In this document: one piece after another, positions 1 to 9,847 of the stretch
Layout: each line of letters starts with the position of its first letter
Numbering within the stretch: the first letter of the stretch is position 1
From: Acidobacteriota bacterium
GTDB lineage: Bacteria; Acidobacteriota; Thermoanaerobaculia; Gp7-AA8
NCBI GenBank assembly: GCA_019244185.1
Contig: JAFATB010000023.1
Coordinates: 384,001 to 448,000 of the forward strand
DNA: 64,000 bases
Direction: 5' to 3'
The notes under the pieces: model-generated
Database searches by the model: none
What the model saw: the letters and a program-made list of their open reading frames with translations, nothing else
What the model was told of the DNA's origin: nothing
Program-made: the position numbers and the translations under genes

Positions 1-2
1 TG

Positions 3-275
3 CCCCTCGGCCACGGCCGCACGCTCACGCTCTTCGACTGGTACTTCAAGGATCCGAGCGCGGTGAAGCGCGAGATCGACGAGACCGTGCAGTTCAGCGA
101 CGAGATTCAGGTCGAGGACATCGAGATCTGCGAGACCGTGCAGCGCGGCCTGCGCTCGTCGACGTATGACACGGGCCGCTACTCGCCGAAGCGCGAGAAC
201 GGCGTGCACCACTTCCACTGCATGTACCAGGAGCTCATGGGGCTGGTCGCCTCGCCCACGGCGCGCCGGCCCTGA
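3..275 (+). CDS. Rieske ring-hydroxylating oxygenase alpha subunit, C-terminal part (choline monooxygenase-like); 5'-truncated by window edge
   Basis: Frame open from base 3: PLGHGRTLTLFDWYF...IQVEDIEICETVQRGLRS...GRYSPKRENGVHHFH, the typical C-terminus of the catalytic domain. Confidence 0.8.
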   Translation, partial: PLGHGRTLTLFDWYFKDPSAVKREIDETVQFSDEIQVEDIEICETVQRGLRSSTYDTGRYSPKRENGVHHFHCMYQELMGLVASPTARRP

Positions 276-777
276 TCGTCCGCGCGTACACCGGACAGTC
301 TTCGTCGTGTGCGCCGGCGAGGTAGCCGGTCGACAGCAGGAACGAGCCGGTGATCTCGCCGCCGGTGAAGACGAACGTCTTCTTGAAGAGCTTCACCCAC
401 TCCTCTTTCGTGCGCGGATGATGCGCGTCGAGCCACTGTGCGAACGAGCCGTGCGTCTTGCGCAGCGCGCGGATGCGTTTCGCGTTCTCGATTGCCGCGT
501 CGACCTTGAGGCGATTGCGGATGATGCCTTCGTTTTCGAGCAGGCGCGCGCGTTTGCGATCGTCGAAGCGCGCCACGCGATCGACGTCGAACCGTGCGAA
601 CGCGTCGCGAAAGGCATCGCGCTTCTTCAGGATCGTCAGCCATGACAATCCGGCCTGATTGATCTCCAGCACGAACCGTTCGAAGAGGCGGTCGTCGTCG
701 CGGACGGGGAAGCCGTACTCCTCGTCGTGATACGGGCCGTGGAACGGATGGCCGGGCGCGATGGTGCAGTAACTCAT
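235..777 (-). CDS. tag: DNA-3-methyladenine glycosylase I
   Basis: YHDEEYG, LFERFVLEINQAGLSWLTILKKR, IIRNRLKV and terminal H-x3-C motifs; ATG at 777 inside the long shadow ORF 235..2493. Confidence 0.93.
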   Translation of the reverse strand: MSYCTIAPGHPFHGPYHDEEYGFPVRDDDRLFERFVLEINQAGLSWLTILKKRDAFRDAFARFDVDRVARFDDRKRARLLENEGIIRNRLKVDAAIENAKRIRALRKTHGSFAQWLDAHHPRTKEEWVKLFKKTFVFTGGEITGSFLLSTGYLAGAHDEDCPVYARTIRAGAPWARRPAP

Positions 778-831
778 GGGCGCATTTTCTCTTGCAAGCA
801 CAGCCCGCCATGCACAGACTTGCGCCCGAAC

Positions 832-2610
832 ATGCAGCCCATCGAGATCCTCGTCGCCGCGGCGCTTCTGGCCGCGGCCGTGCTGGCCCTCGTGCGCCAA
901 CTCGCGGCGTCGCGTTCCGAGCGCGCGCTGCGCGACTCCGACCGCTTCGCGAGCGAGATCCTCGAAAACGCCGGTGAAGGCATCGTCGTCTGCGACCGCG
1001 ACCTGCGTTACGTGCTCTGGAACCGCTTCATGGAAGAGCTCTCCGGCATGACCGCGGAAGACGTGATCGGCCGCAGCGCGCCCGATCTCTTTCCGCACAT
1101 CCGCGAGCAGCACGTCGACGAGCTGCTGCGCCGCGCGCTCGCGGGCGAGACCGTCTCGTCGCCCGACATCCACTACTACGTCCCCGGCACCGGTCGCGAA
1201 GGATGGATCTCCTCCGTCTACCGCCCGCACTCCGACGCCGCGGGCAACATCATCGGCGTCATCGGTCTCATTCGCGACATTACCGAGCGCAAGAGCGCCG
1301 AGCAGCAGATCGAATATCAGGCGTACCACGACGCGCTGACCGGTCTCGCGAACCGCCGCCTCTTTCAGGAGCATCTCTCGCTCGCCCTCGCGCTCGCGCA
1401 GCGGCGCCACACGCTCGTCGCGGTGCTCTTCCTCGATCTCGATCACTTCAAGCTCGTGAACGACTCCCTCGGGCATTCGGTCGGCGACGCGCTGCTGCGG
1501 CAGGTCGCGAAGCGGTTGAAAGCGGCGGTGCGCGAAGGCGACACCGTCGCGCGCGTCGGCGGCGACGAGTTCACGATCGTGCTGCAGGAGCTCTCGCGCC
1601 GCGAAGATGCCGCGCTCGTCGCGCAGGCGGTGCTGCGCTGCGTCTCCGAGCCGATCGAAGTGAACGAACACAAGCTGTACGTCACGACCAGCATCGGCAT
1701 CACCGTCTATCCCGACGACGGCGAAGACGCGGAAGCGTTGCTCAAGAATGCCGACACCGCGATGTACCGCGCGAAATCCGAGGGGCGGAACACGTTCCAG
1801 ATGTCGACGCAGGAGCTGAGCCGCACCACGCATGAGCGGATGACGGTCGAGAACGGCCTGCACCGCGCGCTCGAGGCGGAGGAGTTCGAGCTGCTGTATC
1901 AGCCGCAGATCGAGATCGCCACGATGAACATCGTCGGCATGGAGGCGCTGCTGCGCTGGCGTCATCCACAGCGTGGTGTGATCGCGCCGGAAGACTTCAT
2001 CGGCGTCGCCGAAGAGCGCGGTCTCATCCTCGACATCGGCCAGTGGGTGATCCGCGAGGCGTGCCGCGCGGTGCGGCAGTTCCAGAACGACGGCCGGCCG
2101 CATTTCCGCGTGGCCGTCAACATCTCCGCGCGGCAGTTCCGCGATCCGTCGCTGATGGCGAACATCGAAGAGGCGCTCGCGGAGTCGCGCATCGATCCAC
2201 GGACGCTGGAGCTGGAGATCACCGAGACGGTCGCGATGGAAGACGTCGAGCTGACGATGTCCACGCTCGCGCGCCTCCGCAGCCTCGGCATCACCATCGC
2301 CATCGACGACTTCGGCACCGGCCATTCGTCGCTGAGCTACATCAAGCGCTTTCCGATCGACGCGCTGAAGATCGACAAAGGCTTCGTCGCCGATCTCCCC
2401 GACGGTTTCGAGGACGCCGCGATCGTGAGCTCCGTCATTCAGCTCGCGAACGGGCTCGGACTGCGCGTCGTCGCGGAAGGCGTCGAGCGGCACGAGCAGC
2501 TCGAGTTCCTCCGCGACTCCGACTGCCGCGAGGTGCAGGGCTTCTACTTCAGCTACCCGGTGCCGCTCGACGAGATCGAGAAGCTGCTGTCAGCGGCTCC
2601 CGCGCAGTAG
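832..2610 (+). CDS. Membrane-anchored PAS-GGDEF-EAL diguanylate cyclase/phosphodiesterase
   Basis: N-terminal TM helix, PAS/PAC (RDITERK), HDALTGLANR, intact RVGGDEF, EALLRW and DDFGTGHSSL; ATG at 832. Confidence 0.93.
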   Translation: MQPIEILVAAALLAAAVLALVRQLAASRSERALRDSDRFASEILENAGEGIVVCDRDLRYVLWNRFMEELSGMTAEDVIGRSAPDLFPHIREQHVDELLRRALAGETVSSPDIHYYVPGTGREGWISSVYRPHSDAAGNIIGVIGLIRDITERKSAEQQIEYQAYHDALTGLANRRLFQEHLSLALALAQRRHTLVAVLFLDLDHFKLVNDSLGHSVGDALLRQVAKRLKAAVREGDTVARVGGDEFTIVLQELSRREDAALVAQAVLRCVSEPIEVNEHKLYVTTSIGITVYPDDGEDAEALLKNADTAMYRAKSEGRNTFQMSTQELSRTTHERMTVENGLHRALEAEEFELLYQPQIEIATMNIVGMEALLRWRHPQRGVIAPEDFIGVAEERGLILDIGQWVIREACRAVRQFQNDGRPHFRVAVNISARQFRDPSLMANIEEALAESRIDPRTLELEITETVAMEDVELTMSTLARLRSLGITIAIDDFGTGHSSLSYIKRFPIDALKIDKGFVADLPDGFEDAAIVSSVIQLANGLGLRVVAEGVERHEQLEFLRDSDCREVQGFYFSYPVPLDEIEKLLSAAPAQ

Positions 2611-3915
2611 CTCGCGCGCCGCGCGGCGTCCGCTCTCGATCGCGCCCGCGACCGTGCCGGTCTCGTCGCTGCTCGTCGCCTCGCCCGCGAAGAAGAGCGT
2701 CTTGCGCAGCGGCTTCGCCAGCGCGTCCGCCGCGTGACTGCCGCCGACGCCCGCGTACGAATACGCGCAGCGGCTGAAGGGATCGCTCTGCCAGTCGTGC
2801 ATCCACGTGCCGGCGAGGAGCGCGTCGACGCGCTTGCGCGGCAGTTGGAACAGACGCGCGAGCACGCCCAGGCCGCGGTCGATCATCGCGTCGTGTCCCT
2901 CGGCGAGCAACGCGTCTGCCGCGCTGCCGCCCGCCCAACCGATCAGCACCGGCGAGCGAAACGGCGCGACGGTCCACCACGTCGGGAAAAAGGGATCGTC
3001 GCTGTGCGCGAAGTTCAGCGGCGCGCCGCCTTTCGTGGGGCCATGTTCTTCCCAGAACGGCTCGCGGAAGCGGAACGCGATCTTCACCACATGCCCCGCC
3101 TCGAGATGCGCGATCATCGATTCTTTCTCGCGCAGCGGCGGATCGAAACGCACGCTGCCCGCTTTCAACACGCCGATCGGCAGCGTCAGCACCGCGGCGT
3201 TCGCGCGAATGCGTTCGCCGCGCGCGGTCTCGACGCTCACCGCGCCCTGCGACCATTCGATCGCCGCGACGGGCGTGCCGAGGCGCAACTCGCTCGTGTC
3301 GGGATCGAGTCCGGCGCGCAGCCAGTCGATGAGCGCGTGCTGTCCGCCTGCGAGCCGGAACTGCGGATTGCCTTCGGCGTCGTCCTGTTCTTCGTCCGCC
3401 ATCTGCAGCACGAGCGCGCTCATGCGCTCCGCGTGCGCCGCGTGGTAACCCTCGACGAAGCTGCGCGCGAGCTCGCACAGCCGCGGCGGAAAGCGATGCG
3501 CGCGCAGAAACTCGGCGAAGCTCACGTCGCGCGAGAGCTTGCCGATCTTCGCGCGCACGGTGTTGATGCGCTCCCAGAAATCGCCGATGCGCTCCCACTT
3601 GCCGTTGCGCGACCACCAGTGGTTGTCGGGCAGCTGCGCCACCGCGAGCGACGCCGCGTCGACGATGCCGAAGGTCGTCTCGCTGCGCCCGTGAATGAAC
3701 TCCGCGCCCAGTTCGACCGGCACCGGCAGATCGGGCAGTTGCAGCGAGTAGATGCGGCCGCCGATGCGCTCGCGCGCCTCGAGCACGCACACGCGCTTCC
3801 CCGCGCCCGACAACACGCGCGCCGCGGAAAGTCCCGCGGCCCCGGCACCGATGACGACGACGTCGAACTTCAAGCGAGCGGACGAGGTGCGGATGACGTG
3901 CCCGCTTGGAATCAT
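2590..3915 (-). CDS. Flavin monoamine oxidase family FAD-dependent oxidoreductase
   Basis: VVVIGAGAAGL, LEARERIGGRI, ELGAEFIHG, FFAGEAT, GTVAGAIESG; true start may be TTG at 3873. Confidence 0.88.
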   Translation of the reverse strand: MIPSGHVIRTSSARLKFDVVVIGAGAAGLSAARVLSGAGKRVCVLEARERIGGRIYSLQLPDLPVPVELGAEFIHGRSETTFGIVDAASLAVAQLPDNHWWSRNGKWERIGDFWERINTVRAKIGKLSRDVSFAEFLRAHRFPPRLCELARSFVEGYHAAHAERMSALVLQMADEEQDDAEGNPQFRLAGGQHALIDWLRAGLDPDTSELRLGTPVAAIEWSQGAVSVETARGERIRANAAVLTLPIGVLKAGSVRFDPPLREKESMIAHLEAGHVVKIAFRFREPFWEEHGPTKGGAPLNFAHSDDPFFPTWWTVAPFRSPVLIGWAGGSAADALLAEGHDAMIDRGLGVLARLFQLPRKRVDALLAGTWMHDWQSDPFSRCAYSYAGVGGSHAADALAKPLRKTLFFAGEATSSDETGTVAGAIESGRRAARELLRGSR

Positions 3916-4087
3916 GAAGCGAGCTTACGCACGAACGATGTCGTGCTCGATGGGCGCGCCTGTCGCCTGCTGGAGCGAGGTACAGCGGGAGTGATCGCGC
4001 GCGATGAACGTCGAGCACGCGCTCGGATGAGGTGGGTCTATACGAACGGCGATATCTCGCCGGCGATGATACGGCCTGGCGCCGCGA

Positions 4088-4309
4088 TCACGCCTCGCCG
4101 GCGATGATGCTCCACGGCAGCTTGCGCACCTGCTGCACCTTCTCGTCGATGTCGCCCTGGGTGGCCTTGTCGCCGAGGACGCGGCGGAGGTATTCGACCT
4201 CCGTCGAGACCAGCTTGTTGTGCTTCGGCAGGAGGCGGATGGCGGCGCTTTGGAGGTTGCGTTCGGAGACGGTGACGAGCTTCGGGGTTCGTTTCAGCTG
4301 CTCTTCCAT
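4088..4309 (-). CDS. Small hypothetical protein (73 aa)
   Basis: MEEQLKRTPKLVTVSERNLQSAAIRLLPKHNKLVS...VRKLPWSII; host-like codon usage, non-shadow composition. Confidence 0.7.
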   Translation of the reverse strand: MEEQLKRTPKLVTVSERNLQSAAIRLLPKHNKLVSTEVEYLRRVLGDKATQGDIDEKVQQVRKLPWSIIAGEA

Positions 4310-4355
4310 ATGTTCGGCAACGAACAAACGCGCCGAAATCATCCTAGTGCTGAGC

Positions 4356-4520
4356 TTACCGTTTCCGCGGGGCTGGCGCGGCGCGCGCCGGCAGCGCCGA
4401 GCGGAAGCTCAACGCCTGCTGGACGAACTCCTGCCGTTCGGGGACGCAGCCGCACAACGCGCACCGTACGCCGTCGAGATGCGCGGCTTTCGAATGGCCG
4501 CAATGCTCGCACCGTTTCAT
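4356..4520 (-). CDS. 54-aa Cys/His-rich putative zinc-binding microprotein (absent from ORF track)
   Basis: Hand translation MKRCEHCGHSKAAHLDGVRCALCGCVPERQEFVQQALSFRSALPARAAPAPRKR*; GGAGG 5 nt before the ATG. Confidence 0.65.
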   Translation of the reverse strand: MKRCEHCGHSKAAHLDGVRCALCGCVPERQEFVQQALSFRSALPARAAPAPRKR

Positions 4521-4546
4521 CGTCGCCTCCACGTTAGTTATTTAAC

Positions 4547-4561
4547 TCAAACGCCGTGCCC
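4547..4561 (-). promoter_or_regulatory. Sigma54-like -24/-12 element upstream of the microprotein
   Basis: Minus strand GGGCACGGCGTTTGA versus consensus TGGCACGNNNNTTGC; the -12 C is replaced by A. Confidence 0.3.
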
Positions 4562-4627
4562 GGCTCATTCAGACTAAGGCCGCGGATTGCGAACTCGACG
4601 TTTTCCTAACCGCCGTAGAATCGCTCG

Positions 4628-5512
4628 ATGGTTGCGATCAACCCCGGCGCCGCGGACCTCGGCCGCATCAACGCGGTCCTGCACGGCCGGAACGCGCATC
4701 GCTACGAGCATCGCTTCACCGGTCCGCTCTCGGTGAAAGCGGTCATGCGCGGCGTGGCGACGTGGGAGACGCGCGCCGGCCGCTACGAAGTCGGCCCCGG
4801 CACCGTGCTGCTCCTCGAGGACGGCGAGGAGTACGAGATCACGATCGACAGTCTGCAGCCCGTAGAGACGTGGTGCTTCTTCTTCGCCCGCGGCTTCGTC
4901 GAGGACGCGTGGCGCGCGGCGACGACGTCGTCGTCCGCGCTGCTCGATGCGCCGGAGGACATCGCACGCGCGCCGCTCGCGGAACGCCTGCATTTCGACG
5001 CGCCGCTCGTCGCGGCGATGCAGCGCGCGCACGCGATGCCGGACTCGCTCGACGCCGCGTTCTTCGCGACGGCGAACGCGATCGTCGGCGTCCAATGCGA
5101 CGTGGCCGCGCGGGCGGAACGCCTGCCGTCGCTGCGCGCGTCGACACGCGAAGAGCTCGCGCGGCGGCTGCGGATCGCGACGGCGTTCCTGCACGCGAAC
5201 GTCGGACGCCGCGTTACGATCGACGAGGCGGCGCGCGAGGCGTGCCTCTCGCCGTTTCACTTTCATCGCCTGTTCGCGTCGTTCCACGGCACGACGCCGT
5301 ATCGCTACCTCACGACGCTGCGCATGCAGCGCGCGCGCATGCTGCTCCGCGCGACGGACCGCCCGATCGCCGACGTTGCCTTCGACTGCGGCTTCGAATC
5401 TCTCGGCTCGTTCACGACCCTCTTCACGCGCGTCGCCGGCGTGCCGCCCGCGCGCTTTCGCAGGAATCGAGAAACGGACGCGCGCATCGGCGCGATAGCA
5501 TCCTCCGCATGA
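4628..5512 (+). CDS. AraC family transcriptional regulator
   Basis: Cupin-like N-terminus; C-terminal double HTH LSPFHFHRLF...IADVAFDCGFESLGSFTTLF. Confidence 0.93.
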   Translation: MVAINPGAADLGRINAVLHGRNAHRYEHRFTGPLSVKAVMRGVATWETRAGRYEVGPGTVLLLEDGEEYEITIDSLQPVETWCFFFARGFVEDAWRAATTSSSALLDAPEDIARAPLAERLHFDAPLVAAMQRAHAMPDSLDAAFFATANAIVGVQCDVAARAERLPSLRASTREELARRLRIATAFLHANVGRRVTIDEAAREACLSPFHFHRLFASFHGTTPYRYLTTLRMQRARMLLRATDRPIADVAFDCGFESLGSFTTLFTRVAGVPPARFRRNRETDARIGAIASSA

Positions 5513-6156
5513 GCGTGCTTACCGATGCGATGAAGACGGGCGACGCGGCCGCCGTCGCGCGCCTGCTCGACGCCGACCCGTCGCTGCTGCAATCGGCCGA
5601 GAACGGCGTGACGCCGATCCTCTTCGCCTGCTACATCGGCAAGCCGGAACTGGCGCGGCTCTTCACCAAGCGCGGCGCGCGGCTGACGTTCGCCGAAGCG
5701 TGCGCGCTGGGAGAGGAAGGGGAGGTGGAACGCCAGCTCGACGCCGATCCGTCGCTCCTCCATTCGCCCTCTGCGGATGGCTTTCCTCCCTTAGGGCTGG
5801 CGATTTTCTTTCGTCACCCCGCGCTCGCGCGGCTGCTCATCGAGCGCGGTGCGGACGTCAACGCCGCCGCCGAAAACGCGCAGCGCGTCGCGCCGCTGCA
5901 CGCCGCCGCCGCGGTCCGCGATCGCGAGACCATGCAACTGCTTCTCGAACGCGGCGCCGATCCGAACGCGCGTCAGCAGCTCGACTACACGCCGCTCCAC
6001 GGCGCCGCCAGCCGCGGCGACACCGAGCTCGCGGAACTGCTCCTCACGCACGGCGCCGACCGCGACGCGCGGGCGGCAGACGGCATGACGCCGGCGGACG
6101 TCGCGCGCAAGTACGGACAGGACGCGTTCGCGGAGTGGCTCGCGCGCCAGGGCTGA
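5509..6156 (+). CDS. Ankyrin repeat protein
   Basis: GVTPILFA, GFPPLGLA, APLHAAA, YTPLHGAA and GMTPADVA repeats; ATGA overlap with the AraC stop. Confidence 0.92.
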   Translation: MSVLTDAMKTGDAAAVARLLDADPSLLQSAENGVTPILFACYIGKPELARLFTKRGARLTFAEACALGEEGEVERQLDADPSLLHSPSADGFPPLGLAIFFRHPALARLLIERGADVNAAAENAQRVAPLHAAAAVRDRETMQLLLERGADPNARQQLDYTPLHGAASRGDTELAELLLTHGADRDARAADGMTPADVARKYGQDAFAEWLARQG

Positions 6157-6157
6157 C

Positions 6158-6652
6158 TCAACGCTCGGCGTGCACGCGCTGCGCGAGCTGCACGACCCAG
6201 TCCTGCGCCGCGGTACTTAGATATCCAACTTCCTCGCCCGATCGCGCATCGTAGATGTGACGGCAGATCAGATCGACGAGCAGGTCCATCGATGCATCGC
6301 CTCGTGACAAACGAACGCCGATTCCCGCGTCGCCACAGCCAAAGTGCGCGTCCGTGTACGACTCCGGCCTCGTGAGCACGGCCGCGAGCTCGGCGGCAGC
6401 ATCCGCGGACAGCACCGCCGATTCCGCCACGTGGCGGCCATGAGCGTTCGACGCGTCCTGCTCATCGAAGCGGTACAGCGTCACCTGCAGCTCGTTCCGG
6501 TTCGCCAGGAACGCGGCGATCCGGTCCGGGACGGCCGCGGGGCCGTCGCCGTGGACGTCGGTCGCAACGGGCGGCGGTGGCGGAACTCGCGTGTCGACGT
6601 GTCGACAGGAGAGAACGGTGAGTGCGATCAGCGGCAGACACGCGCGCGTCAT
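6158..6652 (-). CDS. Putative lipoprotein, unknown function
   Basis: Signal peptide with lipobox VLSC, then a Pro-rich linker; 4-bp overlap with the upstream gene. Confidence 0.6.
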   Translation of the reverse strand: MTRACLPLIALTVLSCRHVDTRVPPPPPVATDVHGDGPAAVPDRIAAFLANRNELQVTLYRFDEQDASNAHGRHVAESAVLSADAAAELAAVLTRPESYTDAHFGCGDAGIGVRLSRGDASMDLLVDLICRHIYDARSGEEVGYLSTAAQDWVVQLAQRVHAER

Positions 6653-7782
6653 GCGGGGATTCTAACCGCCGCCTTCCGCGCCGCCCACCGCACCTTCACC
6701 TCCGGGAACGAGCCTCTCGCGAAGAAGACGTGCTCGGCGACGCCGCGCAGCACAGGCGTGCGCAGCGCGGCGAGGGCGAGCTCGGCGAGCGCCGGTGTGG
6801 CGATGGCGTTCATCGCGCGGCGCATCCAGCGGCGGGTGAGGAAACGCGCGCGGAAGCGCGAGCCGGTGTAGGCGCGGAGCGCGTCCGCGTCGCCGCGATC
6901 GAGGTACGCGGTGATGACATCGGCGGCGAATTCGGTGAGGCGCAGCGCTCCGTCGAGACCTCCGGCCGTGAGCGGCGAGACGGCGCCGGCGGCGTCGCCG
7001 ATGAGGAGCCCGCGTTTGCACGCGATGTTGCGCAGCATGCCGCCGACCGGAATCAAACCGCCGCGGCGTTCGATGGCGCGGCCGGCGCGGAACGGGAGGG
7101 TGTCGCGAAACGTGTGCAGTGCCTGCGCGGCGTTCCAGCCGCGTTTTCCCGACGTTCCGGCGAGGCCGACGTGCGCCTCGTGGCCGTCGTTCGCGACCCA
7201 GCCGATGTAGCCGGGGGCGAGGCGCGGGTCGACGAAGCAATGCAGCACCGGCTCGCGTGCGATCGGCGGCACGATCTCCTCGATGCCGGTGAGGAGCTCG
7301 CGATGCGTGTCGAGCCCGAGGAGTTGCGCGGTCGTCGAGCGTGCACCGTCGGCGCCGACGACGAAGCGCGTTGTGATCCGCTCGCGGCGTCCGTGGCGCA
7401 GCACCGTGATCGCGTCGTCATCGCACGCGACGAGCCGCGCGCCGGGGAGCCACGTCACGCCGGCGCGGACGCATTGTTCGACGAGGTGCAGGTAGAGCCA
7501 CGACATGCGGCCGAGGCGAAACTCGTCGTGGCGGGCGCGCAAGGTGAGCGGGCGGCGGGCGGGGGAGTAGAGCACGACGTCGCGGATGCCGGGGCCGAGT
7601 TGTTCCTCGGGCAGCGGGAAGTCTTCCCACGTCTTGCGCACGAAGATGCCGGTCGTCTGCACGGGGCCGGCGATGGACTCCTTGCGGTCGATGAGCAGGA
7701 CGCGGAAGCCGCGGAGGGCGAGGAGGCGGGCGCAGTGGAGACCGGAGAGACCGGCGCCGATGACCGCGATGTCGGTAGTCAT
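6649..7782 (-). CDS. Geranylgeranyl reductase-like NAD(P)/FAD-dependent oxidoreductase
   Basis: DIAVIGAGLSGL, VVGADGARS, LLIGDAAGAVSPLTAGGL; ATG at 7782. Confidence 0.85.
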   Translation of the reverse strand: MTTDIAVIGAGLSGLHCARLLALRGFRVLLIDRKESIAGPVQTTGIFVRKTWEDFPLPEEQLGPGIRDVVLYSPARRPLTLRARHDEFRLGRMSWLYLHLVEQCVRAGVTWLPGARLVACDDDAITVLRHGRRERITTRFVVGADGARSTTAQLLGLDTHRELLTGIEEIVPPIAREPVLHCFVDPRLAPGYIGWVANDGHEAHVGLAGTSGKRGWNAAQALHTFRDTLPFRAGRAIERRGGLIPVGGMLRNIACKRGLLIGDAAGAVSPLTAGGLDGALRLTEFAADVITAYLDRGDADALRAYTGSRFRARFLTRRWMRRAMNAIATPALAELALAALRTPVLRGVAEHVFFARGSFPEVKVRWAARKAAVRIPA

Positions 7783-7807
7783 GAAAAGAACTTTACTATA
7801 AAAAGCG

Positions 7808-7855
7808 GAATGAAGAATGAAGAATGAAGAATGCAGAACGCAGAATGAAGAATTG
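7808..7855. repeat. Heptamer tandem array (GAAYGMA)6 plus GAATTG
   Basis: GAATGAA x3, GAATGCA, GAACGCA, GAATGAA, GAATTG; adjacent GC hairpin 7857-7876 downstream of fabF. Confidence 0.9.
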
Positions 7856-7887
7856 TCGTGGGCGCTGCGCGCCACGTTTGTTAGCGA

Positions 7888-9129
7888 CTAGTCGTGGCGC
7901 GAGAAGATCAGCGTCGCGTTCGTGCCGCCGAAGCCGAACGAATTCGACAGCACGTGGCGGACTTCCTTCTGCCGCGCCACGTTCGGCGTGTAGTCGAGAT
8001 CGCACTCCGGGTCGGGGTTCTCGTAGTTGATCGTCGGCGGCAGGATGCCGTGTTTGACGACCAGCGCCGCGATCGCGGACTCGAGACCGCCGGCCGCGCC
8101 GAGGAGGTGGCCGGTCATCGACTTCGTCGAGCTGATGGCGACGTTGTACGCGGCGTCGCCGAACACGCGCTTGATCGCGATCGTCTCGGTCTTGTCGCCG
8201 ACGGGCGTCGACGTGCCGTGCGCGTTGATGTAGCCGATGTCGGTCGGCTGCAGCCCCGCGTCCTTCAGCGCACGGCCCATGACGCGCGCCATGCCGTCGC
8301 CATCTTCCGACGGCGAGGTGATGTGGAACGCATCGCTCGACATGCCGTAGCCGGTGAGCTCGCAGTAGATCTTCGCGCCGCGCGCGAGCGCGTGCTCGCG
8401 TTCCTCGAGGATCAGCACGCCCGCGCCTTCGCCCATGACGAAGCCGTCGCGTTCCTTGTCCCACGGGCGCGACGCGCGCTGCGGCTCGTCGTTGCGCGTC
8501 GAGAGCGCGCGCATCGCGGAGAAGCCGCCGACCGCGAGCGCGGTGATGACGGCCTCGCTGCCGCCGGCGAACATCACGTCCGCCTCGTCGTAGCGAATGA
8601 CTTTCGCCGCGTCGCCGATCGCGTGCGCGCCGGTGGCGCATGCGGTCGCGGGCGCGGAGCTCGGTCCCTTGCAGCCGAAGCGAATGGAGATGTGTCCCGC
8701 GGCGAGATTGACGATCAGGCCGGGGATGAAGAACGGAGAGATGCGGCTCGGTCCGCGCTCGAGGAGTTTCTTGTGCATCTCCTCGATGAGCGGCAGTCCG
8801 CCGATGCCGGAGCCGATGATGACGCCGACGCGGTCGGGATCGTCCTTCGACGGGTCGTAGCCCGCGTCGTCCACCGCGAGCTGCGCGGCGGCGACGGCGT
8901 AGTGGATGAAGGTGTCGGACTTCTTGACTTCCTTCTTCTCGATGAAGTCCTCGGCGTTGAAGCCGTGGACTTCGCCCGCGATCTGGCAGGCGTAGGCGCT
9001 CGCATCGAACTTCGTGATGCGGCCGACGCCGGAGCGTCCCTCGATCAGTCCCTGCCAGGTCGGCTCGTTGCCGACGCCGAGCGGGGAGATCATGCCGAGA
9101 CCGGTGACGACGACACGACGTTTGGTCAA
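7888..9129 (-). CDS. fabF: 3-oxoacyl-ACP synthase II
   Basis: [16 protein letters not shown] (catalytic Cys), [30 protein letters not shown]; TTG start with AGGAG. Confidence 0.97.
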   Translation of the reverse strand: MTKRRVVVTGLGMISPLGVGNEPTWQGLIEGRSGVGRITKFDASAYACQIAGEVHGFNAEDFIEKKEVKKSDTFIHYAVAAAQLAVDDAGYDPSKDDPDRVGVIIGSGIGGLPLIEEMHKKLLERGPSRISPFFIPGLIVNLAAGHISIRFGCKGPSSAPATACATGAHAIGDAAKVIRYDEADVMFAGGSEAVITALAVGGFSAMRALSTRNDEPQRASRPWDKERDGFVMGEGAGVLILEEREHALARGAKIYCELTGYGMSSDAFHITSPSEDGDGMARVMGRALKDAGLQPTDIGYINAHGTSTPVGDKTETIAIKRVFGDAAYNVAISSTKSMTGHLLGAAGGLESAIAALVVKHGILPPTINYENPDPECDLDYTPNVARQKEVRHVLSNSFGFGGTNATLIFSRHD

Positions 9130-9148
9130 ACCACTCTCCTAAAAAAGG

Positions 9149-9206
9149 GCTGAGTGCTGGATGCCGGGTGCCTCGCGGCACTCAACACCTGCAGCACTCA
9201 GTACTC
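9149..9206. repeat. Imperfect inverted repeat built from TGAGTGC/GCACTCA heptamers, between acpP and fabF
   Basis: TGAGTGC TGGATGC CGGGTGC-loop-GCACTCA...GCACTCA GTACTC. Confidence 0.6.
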
Positions 9207-9232
9207 GTTGCGCGGGCAGCGCAACGCGGACG

Positions 9233-9472
9233 TCACTGAGCCTTGGCGCGCTTGTCGATGTACTCGACGGCGTCGCGGACTTTCCGGATCTTCTCCGCTT
9301 CATCGTCCGAGATCTCGACGCCGAATTCCTCTTCGAACGCCATGATCAGCTCGACGGTGTCGAGCGAATCGGCGCCGAGATCTTCGACGAACGAGGCGTC
9401 TGGCGTGACCTCCTCGGCGTCAACGCCGAGTTGCTCCACGATGATGGACTTGACCCTATCCTCTACCGACAT
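9233..9472 (-). CDS. acpP: Acyl carrier protein
   Basis: [12 protein letters not shown] phosphopantetheine site; GGAGG upstream of ATG 9472. Confidence 0.97.
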   Translation of the reverse strand: MSVEDRVKSIIVEQLGVDAEEVTPDASFVEDLGADSLDTVELIMAFEEEFGVEISDDEAEKIRKVRDAVEYIDKRAKAQ

Positions 9473-9547
9473 CGGTATTCCTCCCTCGTGAGTATGCAAG
9501 GCGGGTTTTAGCACAGAGGTACGGAAAGTTGAACTTAGAATTCGCGC

Positions 9548-9847
9548 GTGCCGAAATTGATCTGGACCTACGAACAGGCCGCGGCGATGCTCCCCGAGGT
9601 GCAGCGCATCACCGCCGATGCCGTGAAGCGCGTCGATGCGTTGAGTGAAGAAGAAGGATCGGAGTCGGAGCGCGTCGTCACCGAATGGGCCGAGTCGATC
9701 CTGCGCCTCGGCATCGAGGTGAAGGGACTGTGGCTCGTCGACTTCGACAGCGGCGGCGGCTACTACTGCTGGCAGTATCCGGAGCCGGCGCTCGAACACT
9801 TCCACGGATACGAGGAAGGGTTCGGGGGGAGAGTGAAGCTGGTTTGA
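9548..9847 (+). CDS. DUF2203 family protein
   Basis: GIEVKG.WLVDF...YYCWQYPE...[12 protein letters not shown] pattern. Confidence 0.8.
   Translation: MPKLIWTYEQAAAMLPEVQRITADAVKRVDALSEEEGSESERVVTEWAESILRLGIEVKGLWLVDFDSGGGYYCWQYPEPALEHFHGYEEGFGGRVKLV

Noticed and set aside
6649-9472. acpP-fabF plus FAD oxidoreductase as a type II PKS or aryl-polyene cluster
   Set aside because: ACP and FabF look like canonical fatty-acid synthesis proteins, there is no chain-length factor, and a repeat/hairpin separates the oxidoreductase
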